From: Chiloscyllium plagiosum
Lineage: Eukaryota
Direction: 5' to 3'
Length of the DNA stretch: 64,000 bases
Assembly: GCF_004010195.1 (NCBI RefSeq)
Contig: NC_057719.1
Coordinates: 59,444,446-59,508,445, forward strand
Under the pieces are notes generated by a model, which was given only the letters and a program-made list of their open reading frames with translations, ran no database searches and was not told the DNA's origin. Below are positions 24,911 to 38,455 of this stretch, one piece after another. A program made the position numbers and the translations under genes. Within the stretch, counting starts at the first letter, position 1. Each line of letters begins with the position of its first letter.

Positions 24911-27900
24911 GTAAGATGAATCATTAACAGGTTCTGATGACTGTGAAAAGCTTCATGACCAACTGAATAGTTTGTTTAAAAATAAGACTTGCTAATGGTT
25001 TTGTCCCAACTGGAAAAGTTATAGATGGAATAAGTTATGAGCAAATGTGAAGACAGGGAACAGGAGGAGAGCAGAAGGCCATGTCTGTGCTGAGTTGGAA
25101 GGCAGGACTTTTGCAATCTATGTTTGTGTAGGCGGCGGAAAGATGACGTTGGACAAGTAATGTAACACCAAGACTGATTGTTCTTGTTCCATCTTCTCAA
25201 TCATTACTACTAGCCATTTGAGAAAATAACAACAGTTGTGATCCAAAAGATTGGGCTTGGGCAAACCTGTTTTTCCACACTCTGGTCTGCCCCCTTGCAT
25301 TTTCCCTGTACATCGATTTGTATTGGTGTAGCTTGTAGCTGTGCTGTAAATTGAAATGTTTAAATCATCTGCCTGCCTGCCAAGTCCATCATTCCTTTGT
25401 ATGTATGTTCACATGCAAGGCCCTTCCTAATTTCTGTATCCCCATTTGTGGGAATAGGTTGTTGACCAATGTCCAGTGTCTGTTCACTGGAGCTGCCTCC
25501 TTTGCGACTGTTCCTATGATTACATCTGGATGCCTTTTGGTTATGATGTTATATTTAACCACTAGATGGAGTGGGAGCTTGATCTTTCATAAATGATATT
25601 TAAGTCTCAATTGAATTACAAAATGGATGCTCCATTGAATCGTTTGAAATCTTGCTTACAGGAAGAGAAATTCTTACTGTCTAATTCTACTCCAGATGCA
25701 TTGACTCTAACCTTGTTTTACAGCTTTCTGCACTGGACTTTGTAATAGATCATCTTAATCTTGTTTGTGCCTGACTCTTTGAAAGGCCATGTGATAATGC
25801 ATTCTCATTACTAATGTGCACTTGTATGAAATAAAATCAATTTACTTTTTGTTTGCTTCTAATAGTCTTAAATCTGCCCTCTTCATGGATTCTGATGACG
25901 TGTAAGATGTGTTGGCACTAACTCTGCCAGTAGGAGGCAAAACACAGTTTACATTAATTCAGCATTGGCTGATTTCTCACCTCCTGCACTTTGAAAACTT
26001 GTACAGATCAAAATCTCTAGTTCATTTTCACCAACTCCAGCTTCAGTATCAGCCCAGCTGGTAGTTCTTTGTTTTTAAAGTTTATGATTCCTTAACTTGT
26101 AATCCCTCAATTGCCTCTCTTGTCTCCACCTCAAACATGGACTCAGTGTCAGGCCTAAAGCCAAATCTTTGCGATTTCAGAGTTTGTTGTTTTGTTTTGA
26201 CGTTGAGTGTTTAATGCATTTGTGTTCTTCCTTTGTTAATGACCACCCCCCCCACCATCTAAAGTGTCTTATTAGAAAATTAGATATGAAGCATATGAGC
26301 TGTTTGGTGACAATATGCTATCTTAATCATGTGCATCAACTTGCAAAATTAGTATTGGGTTTACAAAGGGTGAGAGTGCATACTTGTGGTTGGTGGAGCC
26401 GGAATGGTTCTAAGTGGCCAGTACTGCAGCTCCCACGGCAATTTTACTTGTCCTGTCACCAATCATCTGACATGTTAGGGGAGGTTGAGGTGAAGGACAG
26501 AAAACAAGGGAGTCTCCAACAATAATGAGGGCAGAATATTATATCTGTTCCCAAAGCTGTTTCATGATTTATACCTGAAATTCCAAACCTGGATTCCTTC
26601 CCACATGAGACTGGACATAGCACTGGATGAAGCTACTGTAGACCACGACAGTGTCCCAAGGACCAGTCATGGAAAAGGCTGCACAGTGTGCATATTCATT
26701 CCTCTTGCTTAGTCACTCTGCTCCCTTGTCAGACTTGCCCAATTTCAGACTTTTCTGTAGTGCAATCGCATCTAGATTTCTTAATCATTTCTGATGCATT
26801 TTAATACAGTGGTAATGAACTAGTTTGTTGAAGTCAGATGGTTGACATCCATCAATAATGACCACTTTGCTTTGTGCTTGGTGCAGCTGATTTTAGTGGA
26901 GAGTTTTTCCCAATTGCACTGATAACCTTTCTAGGGCTACCTAATGCTTCACTTGGTCGATGTTACCTTGGTGTCAAGCATTATGGGTAGTGATTCTGTC
27001 ACTATCAGAGGCCCATGTTAGTGATCTGGTGGACATTATGGCAGCTGGAGAGACTTGAAGTTCAATGAATAATTGAATCTGTAGTATGAATATAATCTTT
27101 GGGATCACAGTATCATTTATTTTGGTGGAAGTACACCTGGTCTACTTTAGAGAAAGAAGGTCCATGAGAGAAAGAAATGTGTTGCCCTTAGCTGGTCTGA
27201 CTGACATGTGACTCCAGGCTCTCAGCAATGTGGTTGATTTGTAAGTGGATTCTGAAAGTATCTTGGATATCATGGCTAAAATTCAACAGCACCAGTGAGC
27301 AGATTCTTGATACGTTGATGCCAGTTGAAAGTACATTCGAAGATACAATACTTTCATTTTGAAAGAAAACTGAGGGTGCTGACTTGATCTGGATTTTTAT
27401 TCTATTTTTGTTTTTGTTGAGAACTTGCCTGACCAAATATTGACGTGTTTGAGTCAGTTCTGTGGTTGTACTGGAACATAAGTTTATACTGTTGCCAATT
27501 ATTCATTGGACTTCAATCTCTCCAGCTGCCATAATGTGACCACCTTACTATTTTGAAGGTACTGTATAAAACAAAAAGGGCTATTGCATCATCCCTGGTA
27601 TCAAGCCTTAAGTGTTTTACATAACACCTGACGTCTGTGTGCTAGTCCAAGTGGACTGTGCATCTGTGCATTTTTGCCTGATTCCTCCCTTTTTCTCTTC
27701 CTTCTCTTAACTCCCAAGAATTTTGCATTGTTCTGTCAAAGTTGAGTCATGATGCTTGCATGACCTGTTCCTGCTAAGCCCATAACTTGAGAGAAACAGT
27801 TTCAAGGTTTTAAAATTGTTTACATTAAGTTAACACCTGAAGCAATCAGTTTAAATTACTTTGTGCAAACATGTTCTGTATTTTTAAATGCCTGTTTGAA

Positions 27901-27958
27901 CAGAATAACGTTAGAAATATTGTTAATATTGTGCCTGAATTATTTTATTTTTGTACAG

Positions 27959-28096
27959 TCTGCAACTGTTGATAAGTACAAGCTTTCAGAGCAGAACTTT
28001 TCCCATTTGTTCCCGGATGACCCATCCACCTTTATTTTCAATTCTGCAAACAGAGGTCGGGCAAAGACTTTGAAGAATCGTTGTTCATCAGCAAGT
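27959..28096 (+). CDS. BAZ1A: BAZ1A exon 7
   Basis: SATVDKYKLSEQNFSHLFPDDPSTFIFNSANRGR...; AG/GTAAGT, phase 0-0. Confidence 0.92.
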
Positions 28097-29263
28097 GTAA
28101 GTATCACGTGTGGTAAGCTGTTATTTTAAGCCGCAGTAATATTTTGACTCTATTTTTGAACCTCTGGCACATTGGGGAGAATTCTGCGCCTCAAGGTTTT
28201 GTGCTGATGTCCTACCCTAGGCTTTGAGCCTTCAGAACAAAAACCAAGGCAAACGTAACAGTGCAATAGAGGGGTTCTATACCATCCACTCTGTTGTCTT
28301 TTAGATGAGACATTAAACAAGATATCACTATCTCTCCAGCTGATTAACTGATCATTTTAACGTTCATGGGATTTTACTTTTTGCAAATGAGCTACACAAT
28401 GTCAGTATTATAACACTTGCTACATTGTGCTTATTTGGCTGTGAAGGATTTTTGAGGTTGTGAAAATGATTAAATGCAAGTTATTTTCTCAGCTTTCGAA
28501 GTCCAGTACAACAAAGCATCTGGATTTGCACTCATTATGTATGGTGTAAATAGACTATGAAATGTTTGAAAGGATTCAGTTGAAACTTGAATTCCAATGG
28601 GTGCAAATTAAGTTTTAACAAGGTGATCTTTTTGGGTCAAGTGTATGATAACAGAAGTACCTTCAGTACAAAGCATGTTTATTCGTGTACATGTTAACCC
28701 AAGTTCAAGAGTTTCAATAATTAACTGCTATGTGACTGCTTACCTCATCTAATGATCTGGGCTGTACAGGAAGGAAAAAGGTTTTAGGTAACTGCATCTA
28801 TTTCTTAATGGACAAAAGTCCTCCTCTTGTTTCCACCTAGGCATTCTATGATTGTATATGCCAATGTAATGCTGCCTCAATTGACCTAGCAGTTCTGTAC
28901 CAGTCAGAAAAGACTGGCAAGGCACCTGTTGAATCTAGTTTTACTTACCTAGTTGGTTAACTGAAAATGCAGTGATGTGAACAGAACAGTTTGAAAATTT
29001 ATGTTCTGATAGGGACTTCCTTGTGGATATTTGTGCTGTTGTCCTCCTTCATACCTTGTGTGGATTTACCTTCCATTTTGATTTGCAGCAGTAAATGATA
29101 CATGGGCAAACACTAAATTTAGGAACCGAATAGCTGTATTTTCAGCCCCTGATTAGTTCTGGCCACAAACATTTGCATTGAAAATCTGCATGTTGGCCGT
29201 GAATTATTTTCTAACTCTTCTCTCACAAAAGAAAATATAATCAGCTGAACTAATTTTTTTCAG

Positions 29264-29369
29264 TACCAGTCAGATGGCACTAATGTGGATGACCTGTCAA
29301 AGTACAGAAACAAATCTGCACGCGAGTGTGAAAAGATGCGTAGGCAGAAGGAAGAAATGAGAGCAATGG
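29264..29369 (+). CDS. BAZ1A: BAZ1A exon 8
   Basis: YQSDGTNVDDLSKYRNKSARECEKMRRQKEEMRAM; phase 0-1 joins the neighbouring exons. Confidence 0.82.
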
Positions 29370-30179
29370 GTATGCTTTGCATATTTTCACACTTAGTCTT
29401 TGTGAGAAATGTGGTCAGTTGCTTTTTTAGATAACATAAATGATGGGATTTCAGCCTTCGAGTCCAATTCCTTCCAGCCGAATTGTAAAAATGAGTAGTT
29501 TTCATGCTGGATTTAATGCGCCTGTTAAATTCAACAGAGCTCTGAGGGAGTGCTTTGTTGAAAAGTGAGACTGGGGAAAATCCAAGTGTTGAATGGTTTT
29601 ACTTCAGTTTTGTTGGAATTAAATTGAAAAAGCTTTATTGTTTCCCCTGAAGCCCTGTGGAAATGTAGCCATATTAATTTACCTTTCATGTCTCCTGGAT
29701 GTTTATGACCTTCATTGAGATCATACAAAAAGTCATAGGTGGAGTCTAGTAAATCAAGAATAACACTGGCATAGAAAGAGAAGCTATTGCAAGGTCGAGT
29801 GTCAATGATGTGGATCAGTTCGAGCCGAAAAATGAGCTACTTGATAGTGCAATCTTGAAAGATCAACATAAGTGCAGATCTTGATAGAAGATCATCAGCC
29901 GGATGTTTGTCATCCTAGGATTACAGAAGCTTGTGGGCACTGGAGTCCAGAGAAAGTTTGTGAGGCTTACTATGTAGTTGGTACATTGGGGAAGCATAGG
30001 TTTGCGATACAACAGGAAGCATAAGGAATGGCAGACTTATTGAGGACCTTACACATTTCCCTCTTCAAAACAGTAGTATATTTACAAAACATGACAAGAT
30101 TGCTGTCAAGGTGGTTTAAAAATGAAGTTTCTTCATTTTATTATTAACAGTTAGCTGTTTCCTTTTTTTTCGCTGAAAG

Positions 30180-30361
30180 CAAAAAGGAGAAAAGAGGAGG
30201 AACTAGCAAATGAGATTCAGAAAAGAAAGGAAGTATTGGAGGCAAAGAAGAAAGAAAAGGAAGATAAAGAAAAGAAAAAGGAGGAGTTGAAGAAAATACT
30301 GGAAGAAGAGAAAATGAAAAGGAAGGAAGAAAAAGAACGTCTTAAATTGGAGAAAGAGAAG
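30180..30361 (+). CDS. BAZ1A: BAZ1A exon 9 (K/E-rich coiled coil)
   Basis: ...LEAKKKEKEDKEKKKEELKKILEEEKMKRKEEKERLKLEKEK; donor AAG|GTAATG. Confidence 0.9.
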
Positions 30362-30712
30362 GTAATGAATAAAACCTGCAGAAAAAGTGAGTTTTGCAGT
30401 TGTTTCCAGAAGACTTCAGTTTCAAAGGTTTGTGGAAACTGACACTATGTAAGTTGAACTTGATTGTACTGTACTTTATTTGAGAGAATTAGGCCCAATA
30501 CATTTGCACTGTGAACTTGTGCAGTGACTGCACGTTTTGTTTTGCTGCATTTTGCACTGTTAGTTTCCTTCATATTTATACTGTTAACCAGAAATCATTT
30601 GATCCAGTTCCTAAAAAATGGAAATTTTATTGCATTTATTGATGGAGGAACTAAGGAAATGGGTTTTTAAAGTTTTTGTTTACATCCTCCTTTATGTAAT
30701 GTATTTGTATAG

Positions 30713-30808
30713 GAAAGAGAGAAATTACGAGAAGAAAAGCGGAAATATGCTGAATATCTCAAAGAATGGAATAAACCCCGTGAAGATATGGAGTGCGAAG
30801 ACTTGAAG
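30713..30808 (+). CDS. BAZ1A: BAZ1A exon 10
   Basis: EREKLREEKRKYAEYLKEWNKPREDMECEDLK. Confidence 0.96.
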
Positions 30809-30979
30809 GTACTCATAATTAATGTTCTCAAATGATCAAGGCTTAATATATTTACTTAAATGAAATTTGCAAATGAAGATAAACTGATTTCTTGTTTTCA
30901 GTTCTGTGAAGGTCTTCTTATTTTTAAGGGTCATTGACTAGTTTACATGAATACTTCCTGTCTTGTTTCATCTCCCGTT

Positions 30980-31810
30980 TCCCAGTCTATTGCCATTCAG
31001 GTCATCTGTTTTCCAGGTTTTGCTATCGAAGTGGATAATCTCTCATTTCTCCCATTCGACTGCATCTACCATACATTTGCCCACTGAAGAAACTTGTCCA
31101 AATTGCACTAACTCTTTGTTACAACAGACCCTTCAGTCCATGCCATGCCAAACATAATCCCAAACTAAACTAGTCCCACCTGCCTGCTCCTGGCCCATAT
31201 CCTTCCAAACATTTTGTTGTTTACTTAATGTGTTTTAAATATTGTAACTGCTTGTATCTACCACCTCCTCTGCCGTACCCTCTGGGGGGGAAAAAGTTTT
31301 CTTTTAGGATCTCTGTCCTCTCTCCTTAAATATGCCCCCTTGTCTTGAAAATGTCCAACCTAGAGAAACCTACCTACCATTTGACCCTATCTTTACCCAT
31401 CACTATTTTCTAAACCTGAGGTCACCTCTCAACCTCCTGTTCAAAGAAAAAAAGTTCCAGCTTATCCAACCTTTCTTTATAACTCAAACTTTCCATACTT
31501 GGCAAAATGCTGGTAACTCTCTGACTAACTCTGTCCAGTTTAGTAGTATCATCTGTCCGTCCTTAACACAGTGCATCCTCGTCATAGTTCACCCCCACAC
31601 CCAGCTTGTTTGCAAACTTGCATGCAGCTCCCCTAACTAAATCATAAATATATATTGTGAATAATATATATTTATGATTTAGTTAGAGGAGCTGCCTGCA
31701 AGCACCACTCCTTCTGTAACCCATTTGTCACTGCCTGCCACCCAGAAATAGATCTATTTATTCCTGCTGTTGCCTGTTCAGTAAACAGTTCTTTATGCAT
31801 GTCAGCTTTA
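30980..31810 (-). mobile_element. Degenerate CR1 LINE fragments (older copy with a nested CR1 3' tail)
   Basis: AAGTGGATAATCTCTCATTT..., ACAGACCCTTCAGTCCA...CTAGTCCCACCTGCC...GGCCCATATCC, TGCAAACTTG...ATATATATTGTGAATA. Confidence 0.6.
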
Positions 31811-32513
31811 TGTAAACTTTAGTTTTGTGTTATTGTCGTATTGACTTGATCAGGCTTAGCAGCCTTCAAAAAGTCTTCAGAAGGTTAACTCCACTCTCAG
31901 AATCCTCAATACTTTTCTGCCACTGTCTTTTAGTTGAAAACAGACGCAGGTAGTTCTGGGGTAATGCACATTCTGGCAGCGTGATTTGGTTATAATGATG
32001 CTGAAGAGTTCGGGAATGATGTTTTCGAGAACGCTTATTTCCATTGGAATTAGTGTGATTCCAGCGGGGATCAGTTTGCATGCTGGGTTCAGTGCATGCA
32101 CTGGTGTCTGCACTGAACTCCGTGAGCAAATTGTCAGCTGCTGGCAAAAAGATTTCTTAGATTTTTTTAAAAAAATATACGGTGTTAAATTTACTTTTGT
32201 TTAATAAATATGATTTCAACCTCCATTCAGATTGTGGTATACTTTTGCGTGATTTTCTGATGATAATAAGTGAGGTTTTTTTTGCTGGTCAACCCATAAC
32301 CCCACTTGATTCATAGAGCTGAGTGCAGCAGACGTGGGGCTTTGACTGGATGATTGAGCATGGGGAAGTTGTAAAATTGGACTTTTTTTATTTTCACTCA
32401 TGGCTCTTTTTGTCATACTTTCATCAGTAAAATGTATTATGATCAGTGAGGAGGTTACTGGTTACATTTGAATGTCAATTACAAGATGTTCACAAGAATT
32501 TTTTCCTCAATAG

Positions 32514-32652
32514 GAACTCCCAGTTCCAATGCCTGTGAAGACACGGTTATCACCAGAGCTTTTCGGTGATGCGTTAATGGTTCTGGAATTTTTGCATGCA
32601 TTTGGAGACCTATTTGACCTCCAGGATGAGTTCCCAGATGGCATGACTCTAG
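32514..32652 (+). CDS. BAZ1A: BAZ1A exon 11 (DDT domain)
   Basis: ELPVPMPVKTRLSPELFGDALMVLEFLHAFGDLFDLQDEFPDGMTL. Confidence 0.97.
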
Positions 32653-33698
32653 GTAATGATTCTGACTTAAGTACACATTGTAAGGAAAATATACTGCACT
32701 GGGGATATTTTCATTTGACAACCTATATTTCGAGCCCAAATTTATTCGACCATAACGTTTGTTTTTAACCTTAGGTTTGAAATGTTGGTCACAAAGTAAT
32801 GTTTATTGTAAATCCCTAATTCACCTCTATGGTTTTGTCTCAACCTTGAATTTCTTGTGATGCTTTCAGATTGCTGTTGAAATTGACAAGTGCCAGTTAG
32901 GGTGGTGTGCTAGTTGAAAAGCTGTTCTCTCCATAAAGCTGCTACTCTTTGACTACTGAGTTTGCAGCCGCTGGAATAATATTACCAAGTTGCTGTAATA
33001 TCTGTTAACCTGCAGCTGCAATATGCTAACAGTGGGAAGCAAACTAGAGAGCCTTCCAGTTCAAGGGTTCCAAAGCCATCTCACTGTTGTTCCTCAGTCC
33101 TCAGTGAGGATCATGACAAGTGCAGAGGGGTGGCAGAGTTGTGGGGAAAGTGTTGCAACCCCATTTTGCGGAATTGTGCTGCATGTTTGTGTTCAATGCT
33201 TTTTGGTTGAAATGTTGATCCTGGCTTGCTCCTGTTAAGGTTCTGTATTAATGTGCAATTTACCTTGTCTTGAGCGACTTGTATTGTTGAAGCCCTTGTC
33301 ATGTTTGGTTTCTCAACAGTAATGTTGGGCCATAGTAAGAAATTGAGTTCTGGTAATAGTGAAAGGTTGCATAATTTGCCTTACTTGTATAGGTTAGAGC
33401 GTAAGGCCATTAGACTTGCAAGGACAAGTTCCACTTGCTCTTCAGCAAAAGAAATGGTTTTCAATAATACATTAAAAACCTAGCTCAAGCTTTATTAACA
33501 ACTTTTATTTGAAGGATTCTTTATTATGTTGAAAGGTTATATTTGCGTGTGATTTGTTGACAACTTGTCTAAGTTGGCCACATTTGTACAAATTCATAGC
33601 CGTAATTCATTTTGGGAAATCCAGTTTAGAGTGCTAATGATTACATATATTGCTGCACCGTTTCTGGAAGATCTGTTCTGTTTCTGATTAATTCGCAG

Positions 33699-33842
33699 AA
33701 ATCCTCGAGGAAGCACTGGTTGGAAATGACACTGAAGGGCCACTCTGTGAATTGCTGTTCTTTTTCCTAACTGCCATTTTTCAGGCACATGCAGAGGAAG
33801 AGGAAGTAGCCAAAGAACAGTTTAAAGAAACTGATCCAAAAG
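33699..33842 (+). CDS. BAZ1A: BAZ1A exon 12 (DDT domain)
   Basis: ILEEALVGNDTEGPLCELLFFFLTAIFQAHAEEEEVAKEQFKETDPK. Confidence 0.96.
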
Positions 33843-35409
33843 GTTTGACATTTTGTTTTATGTCTGGTTGAAAGTTCTTTTTGAAAGCAATGTAACCAGC
33901 AAATTGTTTGCTGAACTTTACATTGCTCTTCTTTTCATTTACGTTAACAGACCAGAATGTTAACTTGCAACAAGTAAAGTTCATAGTAAAGTGATACACC
34001 GGTGAATTATATTTTGGTGGGGGGTCCAAGTGTAGTTTGTCGTTATTTGTCTTTTCTACCATACATAGCTGGTAGAATAAAAACGAAACAGTGTTCCTCC
34101 CGGGCCAAGGTTCGTTATGAATACAGACTGCAGTACAAAGTGCATAGAAATTGCAAAACATGCAAGACAGCATAGTAATCCTTGACAAGATAAAGGACAC
34201 AGTAGTGGACAAGTTACAATTTATCAACGAATGCTCATGAATGAAACAGTATTTTGGCAGCAAATCGAAAAGTCATCTGAAAATTGCAAATGGAATAGTG
34301 TGATTGTGCAGTGTTAAGGAGCCCGGGGGGGCGGGATGGGAGGGGGGAGAGAGAGAGAACAGCATCACCACAAGCAGGTGATGCTGTTCTGTGGTTGGTG
34401 ATGGCCTGAATATCCTTCTATATGCTCCACATATCACTGCTGTCCTTAAAAAGACTGTGTAGCTTCTGTGCATACACCAGCTCTGCCTCTTTAGCCTGGG
34501 ACAGATTGGCCCTCGCTGTTAGGGCCGCTTATCATCTGCTCAGAAGGCACAATCACAGATCCTCAGCAGCGATTATTCATTGCTTCTGTTTGGAGCAAGG
34601 AGTCATGATTTTGGACACAGTGACATTGTCGATACACTGGCTATTGTAGCAAATACCCCATTTAAGGGTTTATTGCCCTTAATTTCTTAAACTTGAATTA
34701 AAGCACCATAAAGTTGTCTAACTTTGAGGCAATTCAGTCTCGTTTTCAGAATTTCTAATTTTTAATTCGACTGTTGCGTATCTAGGCATTATTGTTCTAT
34801 ATCTTCGCTGCACTACCTGCAAGGCTAGTACATCCTTGCTAAGATTTGGTGCCCAGCAGTACATGCTGATGGATTTTCGACTCTGTTCCTGTCTATTTGT
34901 ATTGATCTGTTTCTAGCCTCTACCTTTTTCGGGTTTGCTATGTTTTGTACTTGGAAGTAGATTGTTAGATTTGCCTTATTGGAAGCTTAGCTGTCTCAGT
35001 TAAACTTAAGTCCATCCTTGTGGCTGTACTGTCACGTTGCCATTGTGGCAAATTTGGATTGTGGTTCTTGGCCATTATAGTATACAATGAAGATAGTGAA
35101 TAAAGGTGGTTGTGGGACACCATTAGTCCAACTTAGAATAAGAATCGCTACTTATTATCTTTACGGTCAGTCTCCTGTCCAGCCAATTTCCAAACCAGGA
35201 CAATGTGCCTTGAATTGCCTGTATTCCAACTTAAGTTAACAAGAGGCCTTTTTCAAACTGCTTGATAGCATAGAGCTACCCGTCACAAATTTCACATAGG
35301 TTTGTCAGGTATGAACTACCATGAAAATTTTCATGCTGTTCAGTTACAATCTTGAATAGCAGATTCTAATAATCTTTTGGCAACAGATGTTAGTCTGACT
35401 AGCGTTTAA

Positions 35410-36455
35410 TTCAAGGTTTGTGGAAAGATTTGTAGCTGGCGTGCTGGTTGGTGTAGTGGGTGTGTTTGCCAAACTGGGAAGTTAATTTGCAGGCGTTTCG
35501 TCCCTTGTTTTGGAGACATCTGTGCTTTGGAGCCTCCTGTGAAGCCCTGCTGTACTGTCTTCTGGAATTTATTTGGTTCCGTTTCTGCTGCTTCCACTTC
35601 CCGGTTCTGATTGCTCTTTGTAGTGGCTGGTATATTGGGTGTAGGTCAATGTGCTTGTTGGAGTCGATCGATGAGTGCCTTACTTGTAGAAATTCTGTGG
35701 CTGTCCTCTTTAGGTTGTTCTGACTTTTTTTTTGTCCCAGTCAAACTTGTGGTCCCTGTCATCTGTGTATGGCTACTAAGGACAACTGGTTGTGGTGCTT
35801 AGTGGCTCGTGGATGCAGATTGTTAGTTGTCTGCTTGTTTGCCGTGTAAAGTGTTTTGTGCAGTCTTTGCACGGAATCCTGTAAATTACGTTTGTCTTGC
35901 ACATGAGTATTTGGTCTTCGGTCCTGGTGAGATGTATGAGCATGGCTGTTAGTTTATGGGCTGTCGTGAATCCCAGTGGGCTGAAGTCTGGCTGTTAGTT
36001 ATGTGACGTTTTCTATGTCACGCCTATCTGTTAGGCATCTGCTGATGAAGTGCGGGTATATCTTTTCATAATGAAGACTCTGTCGAGGGGTTCTTCTCTT
36101 CGGTCGAGGGTGCTGCAGTGCCTTTCAGCTGTTCTGAACAGGGTCCTAACGCAGCTTGTCTCGTGCATATTGGGGTGGTTGCTCTTATAATTCAGGACCT
36201 GCTCAATGTGTGGCTTTCATCTATGTTTTTTTTTGTGGTGCATTCACTGTTCTGTGTTCTTTGTACCAACACTCCCAGGAATGGGAGTTGATAGTTGGTT
36301 TCTTCCTCTCTCATAAATGTGATCCCTGAGAGTATGGTGCTGATGATCTGGTCTGTGTTCTTTGATTTCTGTTTTCTTAATTATAACAGAAGTGTTGTCA
36401 ATATATCTGATCCAGAGTTTGGTTTGGATTTGTGGTAGGGCTATTTGTTCTTGCA
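35410..36455 (-). mobile_element. Penelope-like element (RT thumb, GIY-YIG, terminal repeat with deleted hammerhead core), intron 12
   Basis: LWIRYIDNT (ORF 36244-36492); terminal repeat homologous to 10575-10700; minus strand GATGTCTCC-AAAACA-AGGGAC-GAAAC-GCC-TGC at ~35489-35520. Confidence 0.8.
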
Positions 36456-37126
36456 TTTGCAGCCCTTTGGAGTGGGAATTCTGAAAATTCATAATCCTCT
36501 AAATTAATCCTCCTCTTCAATCCAAAGTCAGCTGCTAATCTTGATTTTGCTCCCCCCCCCCCCCCCATGTTTTAGATTCTTTAGCAGAAATCAAGTCTCA
36601 ACCCCTTCCCTTCTCGAGTGATGTTGAGAGTCGTAGTTTAATACAATATCACCTAAATCTGAGAGAATAGATCTGATTTACTCCACCTCCTCATACGGTA
36701 ACTTTATCATCCCAGGGATCTAGGTTTGTGATTCTTCACTATACTAACTGTAGTACAAGTGTATCCTCTTCCAATATGGAGACCGAGTACAGTGTTGTAA
36801 TTAAGAGTTGTTTGCCATTTTCCACTAATTATTTTCTGTCCCTTATCAGAACTAGTTTTTCATACAAGCATTTCCAAGTTATTCTGAGTTTTACCATTTT
36901 GAGAAGTATTGATTTTATTATTCTACTCAGCACAGAAACATCATCTGCCTTGTTGACAAATCCATTAACATCCCTATTTCTTTGTGTCCTCCTTGCCTAG
37001 GTTTGTATTGCATATTGCTAAGACTTCACAATAAATTCTAGCATTTTCACAAATTGTTCTTGACCTTGCCATTGATTACACAGTTTGAGTCTTTGGCATA
37101 TTTAATTATGTATATCTTACATGCAG

Positions 37127-37222
37127 ATTTAACTGATGCATGGGATGAAGATCTCGATTCTACAAAAAGTGCAGTCTCTGCAGTTGCTGCATTTGCTGCT
37201 GCATGGCCCCAGCTCTATCAAG
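37127..37222 (+). CDS. BAZ1A: BAZ1A exon 13 (96 nt, symmetric phase 1-1)
   Basis: LTDAWDEDLDSTKSAVSAVAAFAAAWPQLYQ. Confidence 0.95.
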
Positions 37223-37334
37223 GTGATTAATTTTTAATGTTATTTTGTGTTTCTAATGTTTTTCTAATGTGAAAACATGATTTAGTTTAACATGGTAATT
37301 TTCAAGAACATGTCTTCTCACTTGTTTATCACAG

Positions 37335-37559
37335 GCTGCACTTTGCGTGATTTGGATCTTGATAGCTGCACGTTGTCAGAAATCCTTCGACTTCACATTC
37401 TGGCAGCAGGGGCTGATGTGACACCAGCAAATGCAAAGTATCGTTACCAGCAGCAGGGTGGATTTGATGCCACAGATAATGCATGTGTTGAATTCAGGCT
37501 GAGTAATCCAGGGCTGTTGAAGAAATTAACAAATACTCCAGTGTACGATTTGACACCAG
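37335..37559 (+). CDS. BAZ1A: BAZ1A exon 14
   Basis: CTLRDLDLDSCTLSEILRLHILAAGADVTPANAKYRYQQQGGFDATDNACVEFRLSNP...YDLTP. Confidence 0.97.
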
Positions 37560-37839
37560 GTTAATAAGGTTTTGTTCAAAAATCAAGTTTGTGGTTTATC
37601 TATAATCACTTGTTTTCTCAAATTTGATTATTTTCTGAATCTGCTGTTTGACAAGATTTTACAAATGTTACGTAATGAATTTTTTAAAAGCAGACATGAA
37701 ACTATACTTTAATAGCATACTAAAAGTTGTCACTTTTGTGACGCTTGAAAAGAAACTGAAATATCCCTGTCCGGGCAATTTTCACATTGTTATGCAAGAT
37801 CAGTTTAATCACCAGAACTGTCAGACCTATTATTGGATG

Positions 37840-38240
37840 GCAGGACTGTCTAGAAAGGGAGATTGGGCAAACTGGGCCTCTCTTCACTAGAGCTTTCAAG
37901 ATGAAAGGTGATCTCATTAAAATTTTTAAAATACTCTGAAGGGGATAGTCAGACAGGTTAGGGACAAGTATGATAATTCTGCTGGCTGGGGAGTTTCGAA
38001 CCAGAAGGCACAATTTAAAAAGAAGGGGACATTCCACTAAAGTTGTAGATGAGACACTTTTACTCAAAGGGTTGTGAATCTTGGGAATTCGGTACCACAG
38101 AGGAGTGAGGAGGCTCAGTCTTTTAAGGGAGAGGTCAGTTGATTTCATGGGGTGTGTAAAAGGTATTGAAGTTTCAATCAGCCGTGATTGTACTGAATGG
38201 CAGGGCAGACTCAAAGGGGTGAGTAGCCTTCTCGAGTTCC
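37840..38240 (+). mobile_element. Degenerate CR1 LINE 3' fragment
   Basis: GGCCTCTCTTCACTAGAG...GGTGATCTCATT...CAAAGGGTTGTGAATCTTGGGAATTC...TGAATGGCAGGGCAGACTC. Confidence 0.65.
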
Positions 38241-38455
38241 TATTTTCTTAACCAGGCTGAAGTATTAAGCATGAAACATTGAAGTGTTCGCATTTCCAAG
38301 TGACTGGCAGTATTTCCATCAGGGCTTTCCACCTCCATGTTGACCCACTCTTGACTGGTCCCACTGAGGGTGACAACAATTTCCAAGCCATGAAATGAGG
38401 TTAGTGTAGAGAAAATTTGGGAACTGTCTTGTAATCATTTCTTTCTTTTTGTTAG

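Noticed and set aside
35489..35525. Functional hammerhead in the intron 12 Penelope
   Set aside because: The CUGANGA core is partly deleted and the cleavage triplet reads GCC; kept only as a remnant
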